The position numbers and the translations under genes are program-made. The notes under the pieces were generated by a model. That model made no database searches, was not told the origin of the DNA, and worked only from the letters and a program-made list of their open reading frames with translations. This document shows, piece after piece, positions 38,661 through 48,958 of a DNA stretch of 64,000 bases; positions within the stretch are counted from its first letter, which is position 1, and the number at the start of each line of letters is the position of its first letter. Origin of the DNA: an uncultured bacterium (GTDB lineage Bacteria; Babelota; Babeliae; Babelales; Vermiphilaceae); contig OY970212.1 of NCBI GenBank assembly GCA_963713925.1, positions 1,254,722-1,318,721 on the forward strand. Reading direction: 5' to 3'.

Positions 38661-39401
38661 TTGGATTCGAGTATGCATATTCCATGGCTCCCCTATCTTA
38701 TTTTTCTAGATCCGACTATCGGCTTACACCCTGATTTCTCGACTGAGCATTGCATCGCATTTAAAAGTGACGTATATGCATCCTATTGTAATGCAGTGTA
38801 TTCAACGGACGTTCCATCAGACGATGAAATTGAAGAAATTAAGCATTTTTTTACCCCATTTAATTGGGTTGTCGCGTCTGATGATAGTGAGACCATACAC
38901 AAATTGATGAAACATGGGTTTCAAAAGGTTTCAACTTTTCCCGTTATGTCAAAAGCATTGGATAGCCCAATTATATGTGAACAACGTTCCGATTTGCACA
39001 TCGTGCAGGTAAGCAGTCAAGAAGAATTCTCTGAGCTGATAAGGATTTTATCCGATTCCTTTAACTATTCTTTTGAACATGTCGATGCGTTTGTTTTATT
39101 GATAAAAAGCCGTGTATATCCGGATCGCTTCAAATTATATCTGGCATATTACAATACTGTGCCGGTTGCGATGTTAATGGCAGTTCAACACAGCGATATC
39201 ACGGCAATTCATTGCGTGGGCACTCTTGAAGCATATAGAAAGAAGGGAATCTCGAGCGCACTCATGAATCGTGTTTTGCTCGATGCACAACAAGTCGGTA
39301 GTCGTATGGCAATTCTTTCCGCATCTTCTCTGGCACAATCAATGTACTTGAAACTTGGTTTTCAGATTGATTGTTACTGTGATTCTTATGCACTGGCTTG
39401 A
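38661..39401 (+). CDS. GNAT acetyltransferase
   Basis: VGTLEAYRKKGISSALM, MYLKLGF. Confidence 0.85.
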   Translation: MDSSMHIPWLPYLIFLDPTIGLHPDFSTEHCIAFKSDVYASYCNAVYSTDVPSDDEIEEIKHFFTPFNWVVASDDSETIHKLMKHGFQKVSTFPVMSKALDSPIICEQRSDLHIVQVSSQEEFSELIRILSDSFNYSFEHVDAFVLLIKSRVYPDRFKLYLAYYNTVPVAMLMAVQHSDITAIHCVGTLEAYRKKGISSALMNRVLLDAQQVGSRMAILSASSLAQSMYLKLGFQIDCYCDSYALA

Positions 39402-39409
39402 AAAAAATT

Positions 39410-40486
39410 TCATTGAGCATGCGAATGTATGTTTGATAATGGAAATTGATACACGGTCTCATCACCGCAAAAATACAATACGGGCGCGAATGTTGAAAAT
39501 GCCATTGATCCACTTGTGGCGTTGCGATGGTAAAGAATTTCGAGAGGTTTTGTTTTATTATTTCGTATGTCAAAGAACTTGATCTCATCAGTTTCGGAAT
39601 AATTCCCAGAGTGTCTCCCCTGGGTTATGGCGATGATTTTCGTTTCAGGGTGGTAGACGATATCGGAAACAACATTAGATACCGGACAAGAAGAAATAAG
39701 CTTTTTGTTTTTGTAATCATATATGTCAATACTTTTGCTTTTTCCCACAATAATCATATTAGCCGATTCATCGACAAGCAATTGTACATTTTGCCAATCA
39801 GGTGATGGAACAATTGTTTCAAACGGTTGCGCGGTAACATGGCGTTTGACGATCGATCCATCGGGCTCAACGGTCAAGAAAGAATCGTCTTGAATAAAAA
39901 ACATTTTGTTGCCTACGAAATAATCTCTTTCAAAACCCTCACATTCGGTTTGCGTGATGAGTTTTAACTTTCGATTTTCAGTATCTACATTGAAATGCAA
40001 CAATTTACCTTGTTTTTTATCGCTGACTCTAACCATAAGTTGATTGCCATTTAATGCAGAAGCATGCACCCAATCATATATAAGAGGAAGAGTAGTTTTC
40101 TTACCATCCTCATGCATGTCGAATAATTTAATTTGCATTTGTATGTTTCCACCACATTCGGCTCCTAAAACAGTAAAACCTACTGCGAGGAACAAAGATG
40201 ATAGGGAAAAAAGATTGAATGGGCACATCTCGTATTGAATCGAAGTTTTTGTTTGTGTCGGTATATGATATTGTAAACTCTTCCAGTTTTTGTAAGCGTA
40301 AATAGCATCACCAATAACTTGGATCTTGTTAGTCTCTGGACATGCGAACAATTTTGAGAGTTTTAGATGTGCTGACGTGTGAGCATATTTATCTTGGCTG
40401 TTTTCATTTTGATTATCTGCAGAAAAAATATACGAAGTTTGTAGATATAAAAAAGAAATAATGAAAGACTTTAATATATGGTTCAT
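39410..40486 (-). CDS. Secreted beta-propeller-like protein
   Basis: Signal peptide; repeated blade motifs (SIDIYD, IVYHPET, IKFFDIR). Confidence 0.65.
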   Translation of the reverse strand: MNHILKSFIISFLYLQTSYIFSADNQNENSQDKYAHTSAHLKLSKLFACPETNKIQVIGDAIYAYKNWKSLQYHIPTQTKTSIQYEMCPFNLFSLSSLFLAVGFTVLGAECGGNIQMQIKLFDMHEDGKKTTLPLIYDWVHASALNGNQLMVRVSDKKQGKLLHFNVDTENRKLKLITQTECEGFERDYFVGNKMFFIQDDSFLTVEPDGSIVKRHVTAQPFETIVPSPDWQNVQLLVDESANMIIVGKSKSIDIYDYKNKKLISSCPVSNVVSDIVYHPETKIIAITQGRHSGNYSETDEIKFFDIRNNKTKPLEILYHRNATSGSMAFSTFAPVLYFCGDETVYQFPLSNIHSHAQ

Positions 40487-40534
40487 ACTGATTTACTCTT
40501 AAAAAATATTTTATTGAAAACTCACGAATGTAAA

Positions 40535-40562
40535 GGCCTCCATGTTTTGGGAGGCCTTATTT
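40535..40562. terminator. Terminator-like hairpin
   Basis: AAGGCCTCC...GGAGGCCTT. Confidence 0.55.
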
Positions 40563-40600
40563 CTGTTTTGAGGTTCAAATCTCTTTTTCTGGATTTCGTA

Positions 40601-41656
40601 TTATTTACTCATTAAAGATGCATAATCTATTTCGATAGCAGCATTTCTCTGTGATATATATAATTTTTGATCTGATGACGATTGTGAAAAACGAAGAATG
40701 TTCTGAGGATCACCTGCTAGTGGAAAATTATGTACATGGCTAGCGTGATCTGTTATTGGTGATTGAAGTTTTCGTAGATCATAAAAGAATATGTTATCTT
40801 TTTGGTTTTTATTGTGAGTAAAGTCGTTTTCAATATCCGGTGTAATGACAAGAGTTTGTGTCTGTGGATGGAGGGCAAAGTTACTTGTCCTTCTGAAATC
40901 AATTGCCTGTTTAAATGTGCCGCTCGAAAGATCATATAATTTAACGGATCTTTTGTTTCTGACAAAGAGGGTTTTGCTCAGTTCGTCGGCTATGCATTCA
41001 TGGGCCCCATCTCCGGCTGGTTGTATGACTGTATATTCTTTCAAATCAAGAATGGATCTTTTAACAATCTGATCCTGATCTGTTTCAACACTGAATACTG
41101 AACCATCTGATGAGGAAGCTAAAATATTTCTAGTTCTGAAAGTGAATGTCTGGCCACAATCAAAAGAACTCGTTTCTTGTAATTCATTTTGATCATCGCA
41201 TTTTAAAACTATTAGTTTTGGGTTTTTGCTTATTGTTCGGGCTACAATTGAATCTTTTAGTGTAGTTGCTGCAATGATATAGGGAATGCTTCGAGATGTG
41301 ACGCTCGTAAGAGTTTCATTATCAAAGAGGGCGAGCGCATCATCATGATCCTTAGTTCCCGATAAATAGAAATGTGTTGGAGCAAGCATCAGCCGATCAT
41401 TGTATGGAATAAACCTCGAGCAAAATTGATTCTGTTCAAGAAATTCGTGTTTTTCGAGTTTACCTTTTAAATCATATCTTAATATATGAGGATCCCACGT
41501 TGTTGATACATAGAATTTATCGTTAACAATATCAAGTCCACCTATTTCTCCGGACACTACTTTGAATAACTCACGTTGTGGAAATTGATCAGCTGAAAAA
41601 AGGAATAATTCAGCTAAAAATGTGAACACCAGAGCTGCTGCGTATATAAAATTCAT
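40601..41656 (-). CDS. Secreted beta-propeller-like protein (paralog)
   Basis: IADE...TLFVRN.RS.KLY and FFYD.RKL shared with 41666..42778. Confidence 0.7.
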   Translation of the reverse strand: MNFIYAAALVFTFLAELFLFSADQFPQRELFKVVSGEIGGLDIVNDKFYVSTTWDPHILRYDLKGKLEKHEFLEQNQFCSRFIPYNDRLMLAPTHFYLSGTKDHDDALALFDNETLTSVTSRSIPYIIAATTLKDSIVARTISKNPKLIVLKCDDQNELQETSSFDCGQTFTFRTRNILASSSDGSVFSVETDQDQIVKRSILDLKEYTVIQPAGDGAHECIADELSKTLFVRNKRSVKLYDLSSGTFKQAIDFRRTSNFALHPQTQTLVITPDIENDFTHNKNQKDNIFFYDLRKLQSPITDHASHVHNFPLAGDPQNILRFSQSSSDQKLYISQRNAAIEIDYASLMSK

Positions 41657-41665
41657 AAATTTTCC

Positions 41666-42778
41666 TCAGTTAATAAATTGGAATTTCTTTGCACAAAGCT
41701 TCCACTTGCCTTTAGCCGGATCGATTTCATACATGGTATTTTCAAGCGCCAGATATACTTTTGGAGCCTCTGACGATTGTGAAAAGCTGATATTGCTTCC
41801 CGCAACACCGGCATCCTTAAAAAGAAACACGCTCGAGGGACGATATGTTACCGGATCTTCTAATTTACGGATGTCATAGAAAAATACATTGTTGCTCGCA
41901 TGTTCAGCCGGTTCGCATGCAATGCCTTCAAGAGTTGGCGTAACGGCAAGAGTTTGCTTCGGACCGCTGTACGCGAATCCGGACGTGCGCCTGTAAGAGA
42001 TACTGTGCATGAATTTATTATTCTTGAGGGAATATAATTTAATGGATCGATCATTTCGAACGAAAAGAGTATCATGTGCTTCATCGGCTATGATTTCTCG
42101 AACGCCATCGCCCGGATGTTGAATAATGGTATCTTCTTGTAAAGTTTCAGGAGATCGTCGGATGATTTTGTCAGTATACTCTTCAAGGCTTATTACGGAA
42201 TGGTCTTGCAAAGATGCCAACATATTTCTACCCCGTATTAATTTAGATTGATCACACAGTAATACGTAACACTCTTTTAACGATGGATTTTCACCATTGC
42301 GATCAATTTTAAAGCAGCGCAATGTCGGAGACTGCCTTGTCGGATCCATTTCAACAAACTTTTGGTACTGAAGATTTCCTGACGTTCTCACGAGGATTGA
42401 ATCTCCCATCGTCGTTGCTGCAATAAGAGTGGGGATAGATGCGGTAGCATGTTTATTGAGACTTTTTTTATCAATGATTGATAATTCACCGAAGTATACA
42501 TCATTATCTGAGTATGAAAGGCCTGTTATGTTGCTTTGATCATATGGGACAAATTTTGAGTAGTGTATTCCTACTGTTAAAGGTTGTTTGGCCAAAATTT
42601 TGGTTTTTGTATCATATTTCAACACTGCATTATCCTCATTAGTTATCGATGAGTAAAGATCGTCATCAATAACAGTGTTTGCCATAAGCATGCCATTTAT
42701 TTTGAATAGTTCACTTGAATACAGTGCGGATGTGTTGGCTAATACCGCAAACATCATTATTACATATAAAAAAATCAT
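41666..42778 (-). CDS. Secreted beta-propeller-like protein (paralog)
   Basis: Tandem paralog; AGGAG RBS, signal peptide. Confidence 0.7.
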   Translation of the reverse strand: MIFLYVIMMFAVLANTSALYSSELFKINGMLMANTVIDDDLYSSITNEDNAVLKYDTKTKILAKQPLTVGIHYSKFVPYDQSNITGLSYSDNDVYFGELSIIDKKSLNKHATASIPTLIAATTMGDSILVRTSGNLQYQKFVEMDPTRQSPTLRCFKIDRNGENPSLKECYVLLCDQSKLIRGRNMLASLQDHSVISLEEYTDKIIRRSPETLQEDTIIQHPGDGVREIIADEAHDTLFVRNDRSIKLYSLKNNKFMHSISYRRTSGFAYSGPKQTLAVTPTLEGIACEPAEHASNNVFFYDIRKLEDPVTYRPSSVFLFKDAGVAGSNISFSQSSEAPKVYLALENTMYEIDPAKGKWKLCAKKFQFIN

Positions 42779-42791
42779 AATTTCTCCTTGG

Positions 42792-44027
42792 TTATTGGTA
42801 GATCGGGAATTCCTTGCACAAAGCCTTCACGCGTTCTTTAACAGCTTCAAGTGCGGCCGGTTTCGTCGCATTCATAATAGTTTCATCAATTAAAAGCGCA
42901 ACTTGTTTTGCTTCTTGCTCTTTCATGCCGCGAGTTGTCATCGCCGGCGTGCCGATGCGAATACCGCTCGTGACCCATGGTTTTTCGGGCTCAAACGGAA
43001 TGCAATTTCTGTTGAGAGTGATGCCCACCGATTCAAGTAATGTTTCTGCTGCACGACCATTAATTCCCTTGCTGCGCAAGTCAACAATAAATAAATGATT
43101 ATCGGTGCCACCTGATACAATGCGATAGTGCAAGTCTTGTAGCGTTTTTGCCATCGTTTGCGCATTTTTAATAATCTGTTTTTGATATTCCACAAATGAT
43201 GGTTGGAGCGCTTCTTCAAATGCAACTGCTTTTGCGGCAATAGTGTTCATGAGCGGCCCGCCTTGGGAGCCGGGAATAATCGTTTTATCAATGAGTTGCG
43301 CATATTCGGCTTTGCACATGATCATGCCGCCGCGTGGCCCGCGCAATGTTTTGTGTGTTGTCGTCGTGACAAAATCGGCATAAGGAAATGGGCTCGGGTG
43401 TAATTTCGCGGCAATAAGTCCGGCAATGTGGGCAATGTCTGCCATGAAATAAGCGTCGACTGAATGCGCGATATCGGCAAATTTTTTAAAATCGATGACG
43501 CGAGAATATGCTGATGCTCCGGCAATAATTAATTTTGGCTTATGTTCACGAGCTAATGAGGCGATGCGATCATAATCGAGTGTTTCTTCATTTTCTTTAA
43601 CACCGTATTGCACGCTTTTAAAGAGCTTGCCCGAAAAATTAACCGGATGGCCGTGGGTCAGATGTCCGCCCTCAGATAAGCTCATGCCCAAAATAGTATC
43701 GCCCGGATTTAAGATACTGAAATAAACCGCCATGTTTGCCTGTGATCCAGCATGTGGCTGCACATTAACATGTTCGGCACCGAACAGTTTCTTTGCGCGA
43801 TCGATGGCCAGTTCTTCTGCCATATCAACAAACTGACATCCGGCATAATAACGCTTGCCCGGATAGCCTTCGGCATATTTATTAGTAAGTACTGATCCGG
43901 TTGCTTGCATGACGGCATATGAAGCATAATTTTCAGATGCGATCAGATCAATTTCTGTCTCTTGTCGATTTTTTTCTTTGTTGATGATATCAAAAATCGC
44001 GCGATCCGTTTTTTCCAAATGATTCAT
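42792..44027 (-). CDS. glyA: Serine hydroxymethyltransferase
   Basis: [47 protein letters not shown]. Confidence 0.98.
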   Translation of the reverse strand: MNHLEKTDRAIFDIINKEKNRQETEIDLIASENYASYAVMQATGSVLTNKYAEGYPGKRYYAGCQFVDMAEELAIDRAKKLFGAEHVNVQPHAGSQANMAVYFSILNPGDTILGMSLSEGGHLTHGHPVNFSGKLFKSVQYGVKENEETLDYDRIASLAREHKPKLIIAGASAYSRVIDFKKFADIAHSVDAYFMADIAHIAGLIAAKLHPSPFPYADFVTTTTHKTLRGPRGGMIMCKAEYAQLIDKTIIPGSQGGPLMNTIAAKAVAFEEALQPSFVEYQKQIIKNAQTMAKTLQDLHYRIVSGGTDNHLFIVDLRSKGINGRAAETLLESVGITLNRNCIPFEPEKPWVTSGIRIGTPAMTTRGMKEQEAKQVALLIDETIMNATKPAALEAVKERVKALCKEFPIYQ

Positions 44028-44132
44028 GTCGCTCCTTGTGCTCACGTTTATCGAATGAATGTTTGGGGTAGTATAAAAAAAAAGCCCGCTTGGTATAGCA
44101 GGCTTAAATCAAAAAATAGTTTGGTTCGATGT

Positions 44133-44576
44133 TTACGAGATTGTTGTTTTGGTCTCTTCAATATATTGTATAATCGATCGATACATCAAAAAGAAAAGTA
44201 CCAGTCCCTGAAAATACATAAGAGCATATATATGATTCGGTAAGCCATACCAATCAAAGTACCACGAAAACATATACATGCATGTCATAAAACAAAACCA
44301 TCCAAAGCTGAACTGACGAAAGGTTCTCAGATAGTGCGGATTTTCTTCATATTGCAACACCATGCGTGAGGTAAATTCAGGAAATAGAAAGAGCAGTGAT
44401 GTTCCTACGATGACGGCAATCGATGCAATTGTTGCCGCAATATAATTCCACGGGCTTTGCAAGCGCATATATAATGGCCAATTAAACGTAAACATCGGTT
44501 GCGTTACACAGATATAGAAAATGGCAAGCCATTGTTTTTTAAATTGTGGCCATCGGCCGGATAAGAAATAAAGCAT
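44133..44576 (-). CDS. Hypothetical 4-TM membrane protein
   Basis: Hydrophobic 147-aa ORF. Confidence 0.55.
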   Translation of the reverse strand: MLYFLSGRWPQFKKQWLAIFYICVTQPMFTFNWPLYMRLQSPWNYIAATIASIAVIVGTSLLFLFPEFTSRMVLQYEENPHYLRTFRQFSFGWFCFMTCMYMFSWYFDWYGLPNHIYALMYFQGLVLFFLMYRSIIQYIEETKTTIS

Positions 44577-44670
44577 ACTGAAGTGTCCATTTATAGAGGG
44601 TTCATATGAACAAGATTATAGCAAAATCAGCAGCTCGACAAGGCAATGGTAGCTTGAAACCATTGAAGAA

Positions 44671-45873
44671 TTATATGTGTCTTTGTACTACTCGAAAACC
44701 CATAAAACCGGCAAATGCGACAAGGCTTGTTATAATAGCAAATGAAAACCCCAAGAAGGGCGAATAGCGCGTCCATAAAAAACCGATCAGTATATTTGAA
44801 ATGAAAGTTGCAATACCTTCACTTGCTTGCAATACCCCATACCCTAATCCACGAATCTCTGCCGGCAATAGATCCGCCGCACAGGCTTTTTTTAACGTTA
44901 ACACTGTTGCAGCACTCAGGCCCGATAGCGCAAATATGAACGAGCAATAGAGCAAAGATGCGTGAGGGGTAATTAATAAAAAGGACGCTGCTGCAAATAC
45001 CCCGCAACCAAAAAAGGCTAACAGGGTTATTCTATTAATGTAATCACTTAACAACCCAATAAAGAATTCACTGAATGCTCGTACAAGATTAAAAAGTGCG
45101 TATAAAAGAACGAGCAAACGAACGATTTCGTCTTTTGGCGCATCAAGAATCTCTTGCGTTCGGGTGAGCAAGAGGAGTTTATCGAAATTACCTAAATGAA
45201 ACAGAAAAAGAACAACAGAAAAAGCAATAAATGAGCGTGGGAGAAATAAAAAATCTTTCCAAAATGACAATGAGATTTTTGAAGCCTTTTTCTGTACCGG
45301 TACGTCTGCTGTCAAAAAAAGTATGGAAAAAACTGCTAAAATGCCTGGAATAAATGAAAGGGCAAATATGGTATGAATGGAAAATGCCTTTGCGCATGCG
45401 AGCGCTACCAATGGTCCTACAAGTGCACCGAGAGTATCCATAGCACGACTGAGCCCAAATGCCCGCCCATAGTTTTTAGGTTCGATGGTGGCAGCAATAA
45501 GGGCATCTCGAGGAGGTTCTCGCAAACCACTTCCGGTAAAAGAAAGTATGCGATACGTGATTATTCCCCCTATGGAACGAGCAAAACCCACGAGTGTGGA
45601 AAAAAGAGCCGACAGAGCGTACCCAAGAGCGATCAAAGGTTTCTTGCGAGAAAATCTATCGGTTAAAAACCCAGCAAAAATCCTTAAAAAACTGGCAAAC
45701 ACCCCGGTCAAACTTGCAATTAAGCCCAAATAGAATGGAGCTTGTGATGTTCCTACAAACTGTGTTACTAAAACGGGCACGAGCGAAATCGTCATTTCAT
45801 GGCTAAAGTCACTAAAAAAGCTCGCAAGACCAAAGCCAAATACTTTTTTAATCCATGTCTTCATACTGAACAC
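44671..45873 (-). CDS. MFS transporter
   Basis: GFLTDRFSRKK motif A, GLREPPRDALIA, GRAFG..RAMDTLGA; ~12 TM. Confidence 0.92.
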   Translation of the reverse strand: MFSMKTWIKKVFGFGLASFFSDFSHEMTISLVPVLVTQFVGTSQAPFYLGLIASLTGVFASFLRIFAGFLTDRFSRKKPLIALGYALSALFSTLVGFARSIGGIITYRILSFTGSGLREPPRDALIAATIEPKNYGRAFGLSRAMDTLGALVGPLVALACAKAFSIHTIFALSFIPGILAVFSILFLTADVPVQKKASKISLSFWKDFLFLPRSFIAFSVVLFLFHLGNFDKLLLLTRTQEILDAPKDEIVRLLVLLYALFNLVRAFSEFFIGLLSDYINRITLLAFFGCGVFAAASFLLITPHASLLYCSFIFALSGLSAATVLTLKKACAADLLPAEIRGLGYGVLQASEGIATFISNILIGFLWTRYSPFLGFSFAIITSLVAFAGFMGFRVVQRHI

Positions 45874-45988
45874 CTCATTTCCATTGATACTACCGCCATA
45901 CTATTGTGTGCAATAAGATTCATTATTTCACAAAAAAAAGATCCCTGTTATCATTATTCTATACGTCTTTTATACGAACTTATTTTTT

Positions 45989-46939
45989 ATGAATCCTACA
46001 AATATCGCCCTGGCAATCTACGGACTAGAATCGGAATTGGAGCGTGAGCTCAGATTTCGCAAAGTTCGTTTTGAAAAACATGATCGACTCTATTTTTTAG
46101 AGACAGACTACCGCCCACTCTTTGCCCAAGTGACCTGGATAGACTGCCAACAGCTTCCCATTACTTCCATCGGCGATGGCATCAAAAAGCTCAAAGCCCT
46201 CGGGAAAAATTGGGCTCTTTTTAGTATCGGCAACCACAGAAGAGCGCAGCTCATTCAAGATGGCCTGCCCAAAATTAAAAAAGATCCAATTCAATTTACA
46301 CCTCTTGAGCAAAACACTGAATTAAATTCCGGGGCCCCGATGCGGCGCGTGGGGTGGGTCGGTGGCTGGACCCTATTGGACGCAAACACCATCATCTGCT
46401 CATCACAAACGACCTCCCGCTACCCACTCGGCAAAGTTGAATTTGTAGAAAACAAAACAATTCCGCCTTCGCGAGCATACTTAAAATTATGGGAATTTTT
46501 CACTGTGCACTGCCCGCCTCCAAGCGCGGGAACAAAAGTTATCGACCTGGGAGCTTCCCCTGGTGGCTGGAGCTGGGTTCTTTCTCAGCTTGGTCTTGAT
46601 GTCATCAGTGTGGATAAAGCCCCGCTGGATCAGAAAATTGCAAAGGCACCAAACATAACCTTTTTACAAGAAAGCGCATTCGGCCTCGATCCGAAAACAA
46701 TGCCCGACGTGCAATGGCTATTTTCCGACATTATTTGCTATCCCGATAGGCTGCTGACTTTTATTGAAAAATGGATGCAAGAAAGCTCCGTGCAAAACTT
46801 TGTCTGCACGATTAAATTTCAAGGAGAGGCCGACTTTGCCCTCATCGATGAGTTTCTAAAAATACCACAGAGCAGAATCGTGCATTTATATCATAATAAA
46901 CATGAAGTCATGTGGTGGAAAACAAACGAACGTTTGTAA
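45989..46939 (+). CDS. RlmM/FtsJ-like SAM-dependent RNA methyltransferase
   Basis: PPSRAYLKLWE, IDLGASPGGWSW, SVDKAPL, WLFSDII. Confidence 0.85.
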   Translation: MNPTNIALAIYGLESELERELRFRKVRFEKHDRLYFLETDYRPLFAQVTWIDCQQLPITSIGDGIKKLKALGKNWALFSIGNHRRAQLIQDGLPKIKKDPIQFTPLEQNTELNSGAPMRRVGWVGGWTLLDANTIICSSQTTSRYPLGKVEFVENKTIPPSRAYLKLWEFFTVHCPPPSAGTKVIDLGASPGGWSWVLSQLGLDVISVDKAPLDQKIAKAPNITFLQESAFGLDPKTMPDVQWLFSDIICYPDRLLTFIEKWMQESSVQNFVCTIKFQGEADFALIDEFLKIPQSRIVHLYHNKHEVMWWKTNERL

Positions 46940-47016
46940 ACTGAAATCGACTTCTGATATACATTTCTGGTATGAAGTAAATATCCTTGCATCTGTTTTG
47001 TAAAAAAGGACAAAAA

Positions 47017-48066
47017 ATGAGTTTGAAGCATATCTTTTTTTATTCACTCGCTCTATCTTCCATGTTCCTGACGCACGGCAGCGAGAGCTGTTATGTTGCC
47101 ACTTTCACACCTGATTATACTTTCGAAGCACAATTCACGGCACTGTGGCTCAAGCCGGGAGCTACAAACACTCATTTTGCCGCTGAGGCGTTTCCCCTTC
47201 CTGTGCTTTCTCCTAATTGGGCAATTCATGATATTTGTAAAAAACATCATTTTGCTTTTGACCTCCTGTTACGCACCCAATTTCACAATGCTCATTCAAG
47301 CCTTTTTATAAATTGGGAACATTTTAAGCATGGGGATGCTACAGCTTTTACAACAAATTCAAATAATATGACCGGGCCATTCTTTGAAATTGGTCCGGAT
47401 GCAACTCCTTATTTCACGTCGGCCGGTTCGGTACATTTTGATTTTAATGAAATTAATCTTGATTATGGTCAAAACGTCGAATTTGGTCAGCGGCTACAAA
47501 CAAATCTGTTTGCCGGAATAAGCTTGGTCAAACTCTGTGAAATCTTGCGCTATACCTACATGGGAGCCGACGCCGGTCTGTCTCGAATAATTAAAACGCC
47601 AATCCATTTCAAAGGCGCAGGCCTTCATGCCGGTCTTGATTTCATGTATGACATTGCATGCCGTTTTGAGTTTACCGGCAGATTATCCGCATCAATCCTT
47701 AATGGTAAATCTTCCAACCAAACGACGTATACTTCCTTTTCTCCGGCATTGGTGCTCCTAGATGCTCCAAACCCAAATATCCAAGCGGTGTGTCCTCAAT
47801 GCACCACTTTAGTAGTGCCAGTCTTATTTCAAAAAATCGGTCTGGCATATGCACATGAATGGTGTGAAAGATATATGATAACCATAGGAGTAGGATACCA
47901 AGCACAAGTCTATTTCAATGCGTTACGATCCACTGACATGGGTAGCGAAGTTGTTGCACCGCCGGTTGCCTCAAGCTCAGTTGGGGTCTATGCTCGCACC
48001 TTCCAAAGGAATATCAGTAATTTTTCTCTGACTGGGGCGTATTTTTCATTCGGGATCGGTTTCTAG
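47017..48066 (+). CDS. Lpg1974/Legionella-MOMP-like outer membrane porin
   Basis: Signal peptide, ALWLKP, INLDYGQ, F.GAG...GLD, VGYQAQVYFNAL, terminal GAYFSFGIGF. Confidence 0.75.
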   Translation: MSLKHIFFYSLALSSMFLTHGSESCYVATFTPDYTFEAQFTALWLKPGATNTHFAAEAFPLPVLSPNWAIHDICKKHHFAFDLLLRTQFHNAHSSLFINWEHFKHGDATAFTTNSNNMTGPFFEIGPDATPYFTSAGSVHFDFNEINLDYGQNVEFGQRLQTNLFAGISLVKLCEILRYTYMGADAGLSRIIKTPIHFKGAGLHAGLDFMYDIACRFEFTGRLSASILNGKSSNQTTYTSFSPALVLLDAPNPNIQAVCPQCTTLVVPVLFQKIGLAYAHEWCERYMITIGVGYQAQVYFNALRSTDMGSEVVAPPVASSSVGVYARTFQRNISNFSLTGAYFSFGIGF

Positions 48067-48089
48067 CCATAGTTCAACGAAATGAGTTC

Positions 48090-48362
48090 TTGAAGATAGT
48101 TACATGCGTTCATGATTTGTTTGTCGGTTCTGAAGTTGAAGAAAAACGGCAATTAATAAAGCTTATACTTCAGAACCTCAGTATCGATGCTGAAAACATC
48201 GTCTGGGAGCTGCATAAGCCATTTGATTTACTACTAAAATGTTCGGAAGATATGCAGTGGCGTTACCTAGTGGATGCATTCAAAGAAGGCAAAGTTGAGT
48301 TTACCATAAGTTTGCAGCATATGAAAACGGTAATTGAATCAATAAAAAACCCCAGTTTTTAG
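48090..48362 (+). pseudogene. C-terminal remnant of a large serine recombinase in joined (attP) configuration
   Basis: LFVGSEVEEKRQLI...KPFDLLLK...WR aligns with the 53518..55020 product. The following LVDAF...EFTISLQHMKTV aligns with 63836..63949. Confidence 0.88.
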
Positions 48363-48729
48363 CCGGTTTTCGTGGGCTTTTAATATCAAGAAAAGAATAT
48401 GACTATTTTTGCTTCTGTTGCTCAATACATGCAATAAACTGAATAAATTTATTTGAATAATATAATTCATCAGACCAGGGATAAAAATTTTGTTGTTTAA
48501 TTCGTGTGTCACACAATTTATTGAAATCACAATCCACACAATTGAGCCATGCTGAAAATAAGCAGATTTGGCGTCAAGGCAGCCTGTTTCAAAATATGGT
48601 TTTTTTGGTATTGCGATCACGTTGCATTGTAATAATGGTCTCACGTACCTTTTTTAATACCTTACCATTATCCCCCATACAACAAGCCACTGCCAACAGG
48701 CTTATCAAAGCAGCAAACATCTTTTTCAT
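48339..48729 (-). pseudogene. Frameshifted secreted hypothetical protein
   Basis: Signal-peptide ORF MKKMFAALIS... and the downstream ORF overlap at an A7 run (T7 on + at 48600-48606). Confidence 0.45.
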
Positions 48730-48958
48730 GTATAAACCTTCAATTTGGACAAAACGTAAAGAACAACATAAAAACATGTTTACAAATATGCAATAGTATT
48801 ACAAAAACGACAACGCCAAAAACCCTGTAACCGTCACCGGAAACCCCTGATAATCACCTCCTGCGGATCTTGACAAATAGAATATATATGATATCATATA
48901 TCTATGCAGATAGAAAAGATTGAACCTGTAAAACAGGAATAAAAAAAGGAGGTAACCT

